Positions 61,608 to 64,000 of a DNA stretch of 64,000 nt are shown piece after piece. Under the pieces are notes generated by a model. The model had not been told where the DNA came from and ran no database searches. It was given only the letters and a program-made list of their open reading frames with translations. Numbering within the stretch: position 1 is the first letter of the stretch; each line of letters starts with the position of its first letter. This DNA comes from Parasphingorhabdus sp. Its GTDB lineage: Bacteria > Pseudomonadota > Alphaproteobacteria > Sphingomonadales > Sphingomonadaceae. The stretch is taken from assembly GCA_048270065.1 (NCBI GenBank), contig JBLWTQ010000014.1:11921-75920 (forward strand). The letters run 5' to 3'. The position numbers and the translations under genes are program-made.

Positions 61608-64000
61608 CCGACTTCCTGCTTGAACTGCTGTCCGAAGAAATCCCCGCCCGCATGCAGGCGAAAGCGCGCGCCGACCTCGAGCGGCTGTTCACCGAACAAA
61701 TGGCCGAAGCGGGCCTGAAGGCCGGCCCTATCACCGTCTGGTCGACGCCAAGACGACTTGCGCTCATCGCCCGCGACCTACCGGCCGAGACCGAAGCGGT
61801 CAGCGAAGAAGCCAAGGGACCACCCGAAGGCGCGCCCGATCAGGCCGTCGACGGCTTCTGCCGCAAGAATGGCGTCACCCGCGACCAGCTCGAGGTACGT
61901 GACGTCAAGGGGCGCCCGACCTGGTTCGCGGTAATCGACAAGCCCGGCCGCGACACCAGGGATGTGCTGGCAGAAGCCATCCCGGCGATCATCCGCGCCT
62001 TCCCGTGGCCGAAGTCGATGCGCTGGGGTGACGCCAGTACATCGACCGAAAGCCTGCGCTGGGTGCGGCCGCTGAGCGGCATTGTCGCGATATTGGGCGA
62101 TGATCTGGTGCCATGCGAAATTGACGGGGTGGCGTCAGGCTACGAGACGGTCGGACATCGCTTTCATCACTCCGTTCGCCCTGAGCCTGTCGAAGGGCAG
62201 CATGGCAAAGATGCTTCGACAGGCTCAGCACGAACGGAACTGGGCGGAATCACCATCGGTAACGCCGGCGATTACGCCGAGAAACTGCGCGCCTGCCATG
62301 TGATTGTCGACCATGAAGAACGCCAGAATATCATCCGCGAGGGCGCTGCCAGGGCGGCGGCGGACGCCGGCCTGCAACTGGTCGAGGACGAAGGGCTGGT
62401 GATCGAGAATGCCGGCCTGACCGAATGGCCGGTGCCATTGCTCGGCAGCTTTGACCCGGCGTTTCTGGACGTCCCCGAAGAGGTGATCCAGCTGACCGCC
62501 CGGGTGAACCAGAAATATTTCGTGTGCAAATATCCTCCCTGTGCAGAGCACGGGGAGGGGGACCATCCGAAGGATGGTGGAGGGGCCCCTCCGTCATCCG
62601 CCTCCGCCAAGGCTACGGCGGACGCCACCTCCCCATCGCTGCGCGACAGGGAGGAAAAACTGGCCCCCTATTTCGTCTGCACGGCCAATATCGCCGCCAG
62701 CGACGGCGGCAAGGCGATCATCGCGGGGAATGAAAAGGTCCTCGCCGCAAGACTCTCCGACGCCAAATTCTTCTGGGAACTTGACCAGAAGACGCGATTG
62801 GAGGATCATGCAAAGAAATTGAGCAACATTGTGTTCCATGAAAAACTGGGCACGGTTGCCGACAAGGTAGAGCGTGTGGCCAAGTTGGCCGAGTGGCTGG
62901 TTTCTTTAGAAGGGAATGGTTTTTACCAGTCCAGCCCCGGCGATACATTTCATGGTGAAGTGTCCGAGGCCGCACGTCTCTGCAAAGCCGATCTCGTCAC
63001 CGAAATGGTCGGCGAGTTCCCAGAGCTGCAGGGCTTGATGGGCGGCTATTATGCAGAGAAAGAAGGAAAGTCCGCCGCGGTCGCCAACGCGATCCGCGAC
63101 CATTACAAGCCGGTCGGGCAGGGTGACGATGTGCCCACCGATCCGGTGACGGTGGCGGTGAGTCTGGCGGACAAGCTGGATACTATTGGATCGTTCTTCG
63201 CTATTAATGAAAAGCCGAGCGGTTCCCGTGATCCTTTTGCGCTTCGCAGGAGCGTTTTAGGCGTGATTGCGATTTTAGTGGCTAATGGACTGCGAGTGTC
63301 TCTCGTTCGTTCAAGTTTGCGAGTGATTATCCTGTTGAAGGAGCAGGAACTCCGTAACATTAAAGCAGATACAGTTGGGTGGAGAGAAGTTGATTCAGCA
63401 TACCAAAAAATTGATCAAATTTTGGACGAACCCGGAATATCAGTGGATAAAGAAGTAGAGTACGTTCTTGAAAATTGGGCCAAAAGCAAAGCTCCAAAAG
63501 GTTCGTCATTGGAAATGCCTTCGCCGGAAGATGACGATGATATGGATGCCTATTTGGATGGCGATATTCCCATGTCAGAAATGTCTCTTCCGGAAAGTGA
63601 CGAAGACACGGAAGCGTATTTCGATAACGTAATTTCGTTCTTCGTTGATCGCCTCAAAGTTCAACAACGTGAAGCGGGTGTCCGTCACGACCTGATCGAC
63701 GCGGTATTCGGTGATAAAGGCGAAGATGATCTGGTGCGGCTGCTCGCCCGGGTGAAGGCGCTGCAGGCCTTTGTCGCAACCCCGGACGGCGAGAATCTGC
63801 TCGCCGGTTACAAGCGGGCTTCGAATATTTTGAAGAAAGAGGGCGGCACCAGTGCCCCTGCGGAGGCAGGGGCCCATCTCCCGACCTCTGGTCCTGACGC
63901 ACCGGTCCGTGATGGACTCCTGCCTGCGCAGGAGAACAATGTCCTTTCCTACACGCCCGAAAAAGCCGAAAAGACCCTGATCGACGCGCTCGACGCCGCT
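61604..64000 (+). CDS. glyS: Glycine--tRNA ligase beta subunit (3'-truncated by window), with in-frame repeat insertions
   Basis: Manual translation is open to the window end: [116 protein letters not shown]; SD AGGGAGG. Confidence 0.96.
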   Translation, partial: MTDFLLELLSEEIPARMQAKARADLERLFTEQMAEAGLKAGPITVWSTPRRLALIARDLPAETEAVSEEAKGPPEGAPDQAVDGFCRKNGVTRDQLEVRDVKGRPTWFAVIDKPGRDTRDVLAEAIPAIIRAFPWPKSMRWGDASTSTESLRWVRPLSGIVAILGDDLVPCEIDGVASGYETVGHRFHHSVRPEPVEGQHGKDASTGSARTELGGITIGNAGDYAEKLRACHVIVDHEERQNIIREGAARAAADAGLQLVEDEGLVIENAGLTEWPVPLLGSFDPAFLDVPEEVIQLTARVNQKYFVCKYPPCAEHGEGDHPKDGGGAPPSSASAKATADATSPSLRDREEKLAPYFVCTANIAASDGGKAIIAGNEKVLAARLSDAKFFWELDQKTRLEDHAKKLSNIVFHEKLGTVADKVERVAKLAEWLVSLEGNGFYQSSPGDTFHGEVSEAARLCKADLVTEMVGEFPELQGLMGGYYAEKEGKSAAVANAIRDHYKPVGQGDDVPTDPVTVAVSLADKLDTIGSFFAINEKPSGSRDPFALRRSVLGVIAILVANGLRVSLVRSSLRVIILLKEQELRNIKADTVGWREVDSAYQKIDQILDEPGISVDKEVEYVLENWAKSKAPKGSSLEMPSPEDDDDMDAYLDGDIPMSEMSLPESDEDTEAYFDNVISFFVDRLKVQQREAGVRHDLIDAVFGDKGEDDLVRLLARVKALQAFVATPDGENLLAGYKRASNILKKEGGTSAPAEAGAHLPTSGPDAPVRDGLLPAQENNVLSYTPEKAEKTLIDALDAA
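62172..62237. repeat. 66-bp palindromic element inserted in frame in glyS
   Basis: 24-bp arms ccgttcgccctgagcctgtcgaag / cttcgacaggctcagcacgaacgg (22/24 complementary), 18-nt loop; 22 codons. Confidence 0.92.
62533..62655. repeat. 123-bp composite palindromic element, copy 2, in frame in glyS and inverted relative to copy 1
   Basis: Perfect 10-bp terminal IR tcctccctgt / acagggagga; 41 codons. Confidence 0.92.
63852..63937. repeat. 86-bp palindromic element, copy 3, in frame in glyS
   Basis: Aligns without gaps to 18856-18941 and 25251-25336; read through as SAPAEAGAHLPTSGPDAPVRDGLLPAQEN. Confidence 0.9.

Noticed and set aside
60399-63937. Clustered palindromic repeats as a CRISPR array
   Set aside because: The repeats belong to different families, are irregularly spaced, have no uniform repeat-spacer period, and no cas genes are present.
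61604-64000. glyS missing from the ORF track, suggesting a pseudogene broken by repeats
   Set aside because: Manual translation from ATG 61604 has no stop up to base 64000; it is omitted only because it runs off the window.

Overview
Core chromosomal window of an alphaproteobacterium, most likely Sphingomonadales (inferred from gene content, gene order and roughly 58-60% GC). Bases 1-18.9 kb hold a largely complete exosortase A (XrtA/PEP-CTERM)-linked exopolysaccharide locus with its ACP / acyl-ligase / PLP-decarboxylase / hydrolase-pair / GNAT tailoring module. The rest is mostly housekeeping: truA-fmt, recR, a TonB-dependent receptor, def, rmuC, the chvIG-hprK-rapZ-PTS cluster, pckA, two cysteine desulfurases plus ferredoxin, SRP RNA, dnaX-ybaB, lon, hup, tRNA-Lys(CTT), mreBCD-mrdA-rodA, mutL, ychF, pth, rplY, two TraB/GumN lipoproteins and glyQ-glyS. 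No transposase, integrase, prophage or CRISPR array was seen. The most unusual feature is the essential glyQS locus. glyS (absent from the ORF track because it runs off the window end; I translated it by hand and it is open from 61604 to 64000) carries three in-frame palindromic DNA insertions from three different repeat families (66, 123 and about 86 bp) and a roughly 480-bp low-GC tract. An inverted twin of the 123-bp element sits between glyQ and glyS, supplies the glyS Shine-Dalgarno sequence, and lies within a 51-codon mini-ORF whose start overlaps the glyQ stop and whose stop overlaps the glyS start. The 86-bp family also occurs at two intergenic sites with identical length and a conserved central motif. 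Start codons, promoters and family names are assigned by eye, without database searches.
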